64,000 nucleotides of DNA from Bispira polyomma (taxonomy: Eukaryota): positions 42,842,001 to 42,906,000 of the forward strand of contig OZ287756.1 of the NCBI GenBank assembly GCA_965649765.1, read 5' to 3'. The notes under the pieces were generated by a model. The model did no database searches, had not been told where the DNA came from, and saw only the letters and a program-made list of their open reading frames with translations. Every line of letters starts with the position of its first letter. The stretch's first letter is position 1. Below are positions 62,135 to 64,000 of the stretch, in pieces. A program made the translations under genes and the position numbers.

Positions 62135-64000
62135 AACAATAGCGCTTAATCTCCCCTTAACGAAGGGGACTCTAAGGCGCAACAGTAATCCAATTTCCAA
62201 TATCAATGGACAGAAAAGGGTCAGCACCACAGAGCCCACCGGGGGATGATTGAGACTAAGGTGGGTATGCTTTGGTGTACAAGTGGGTTTTAAGCTGCTT
62301 TCTAAAACAGGCTAGTGAGGGGAAGCATGAATCACATCAGGAAGAGCATTTATACAATGGAAGAATCAAAAGCAAAGCTGTGACCAAACTGTTGAACCGA
62401 CTTTTGAGTAGATGGGTGGAACTTTGGAATGACAAGGAAATTACTACCACTCTGACTACGTCTGGTATTGTAGCAACTACTGCAAGTGGAAAGATATAGG
62501 GCAAAAAACTTTGGAAACCAAGTGTGAAGAAACTTATGCAGCTATTTTAAACACTGAACACTGTTAAACAGAGAGCCAATGCAATTTCTTACGAACAGGA
62601 GTTATACTTGTGTATCGACTGGTGTTTGACAAAATTCTAGCTGCACTATTTTGAATGCATTGTAATTTACGTAAATTTAACTTTCAGAGACTCCTGAATA
62701 GCGAATTGCAGTAATCCAGTCTACTACTGACAAAAGCATTGGCCACAAGTATTGAAGCATCATAAGTGAGAAACCGCCTGACACGTCTAAAGTCCTGGAG
62801 TTGCACAAAACAACTTTTACAGACACTCTGAACGTGTTTACAGAAAGAAAAGTCAGAGTCAAACCAAACACCCAGGTTCTTGACCGAATCAGCTGGGCTG
62901 AAAGGGCTACCCAGGATGTCAACTGGAAACAATGATTTCAACTTATCCCTCTGTTTTGAGCCAAAGATTATAAACTCAGTCTTGTCGGGATTAAGTTTGA
63001 GTTTGCCAGTTGACATCCACTTTTTCACATCGTCAAGGCACCTGTTCAACTGTTCAAAGGCAGTAGATGTGTTCTAATGGGATAAGTGCACATATATTTG
63101 GGTATCATCTGCATAAAAATGAAACTTAATACCTTCGTATTTGCCGATAACCAATCTGAGAGGGGCAGTGTACAGTGAAAACAACAGAGGACCCAAAACA
63201 GAACCTTGAGGAACACCAAACAGAGTTTACAAAGATAGGACAAAGTAGAGCCAATTTTTAATGACTGATAATGATCAGTTACATAGGAAGTGAACCATTT
63301 AAGGACAGAGCCCCCAACTCCAAAGTCTGAAGACAACTGAGAAGAGTGGAATGATCGATAGTGTCAAAGGCAGCAGAGAGGTCGAGCAATACCAGGGTAG
63401 TAGGTTCACCTCTTGACAATGATAGGTGAACTTCATTTTTTATAGAGAGAAGAGCTGTCTCAGTCGAATGACCTGTTTTATATGCAGACTGGTATGGGTT
63501 GTCTAAGTTGTGGACAAAGATATGATCTAACAGTTGCCTAGCAACCACACGTTCAACCAGTTTTGATATTAAGCTTAGACCAGATACAGGGCGATAATTC
63601 TTTAGGTCATCAACTGGAAGAGAAGCCTTCTTAATAAGAGGAGTAACCACAGCTGTTTTAAAACCATCAGGTATATGTCCCTCAGTAAGTGAGCAGTTTA
63701 CAAGCTCTGTAATGGATGGGAGTAATATATCACCACAGTCTTTAATGAGAGATGTTGGCCATAAATCCAACATGCAGGATTTTGTAGGCGAGTTACTGAT
63801 TATTTTACTGACATCGTCTTCAGAGACTCTGGTAAAGGCAGTAATTTGAGGAGGATCAGAAAGAGGATGAACATCAATTTTAGTTCCAGAAACAACAAAA
63901 GTATCTCTAATTCTCTTAATTTTGTCTGAAAAAAAGGAAGCAAACTTGTCAGCTAGTGGCTCATAAGATTCATGGGACGAGAGTGCTACATTGGTATCCA
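62135..64000 (-). mobile_element. Second copy of the L2/CR1-clade LINE, frameshifted, running off the window end
   Basis: Reverse complement closely matches ~51686-53580, including the 3' stem-loop (gcgcttaatctcccct...ggggactctaaggcgc). Confidence 0.93.

Overview
AT-rich, repeat-dense DNA from an invertebrate animal. A lophotrochozoan such as a mollusc is plausible, judged only from the repeat types. Most of the window consists of nested, decayed transposable elements. Five are tyrosine-recombinase (YR) retrotransposons: three Ngaro-like elements with split direct repeats on + (A nested inside B, plus an internally deleted C) and two DIRS1-like elements with inverted terminal repeats on -. 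The rest are a PIF/Harbinger element, three larger LINE copies (one Proto2/RTEX-like, two L2/CR1-like) plus a fragment, a tRNA-derived SINE family with clear TSDs, MITEs and tandem arrays. One host gene is visible on -: a spliced gene ending in a large exon encoding an intact-looking trypsin-fold (NAL1/Ssy5/alpha-lytic-like) serine protease. The main observations concern cis-acting signals shared by the divergent Ngaro-like families: (1) a structured RNA/ssDNA element with compensatory base changes about 110 nt downstream of the A2 repeat; (2) phase-matched splice sites predicting a subgenomic Gag-N/YR fusion mRNA; (3) conserved G-tract and TAGTAGG motifs at the repeat boundaries; (4) a fold-back junction placing antisense YR sequence at the 3' end of element B. 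All calls come from reading the sequence by eye; no searches were run.
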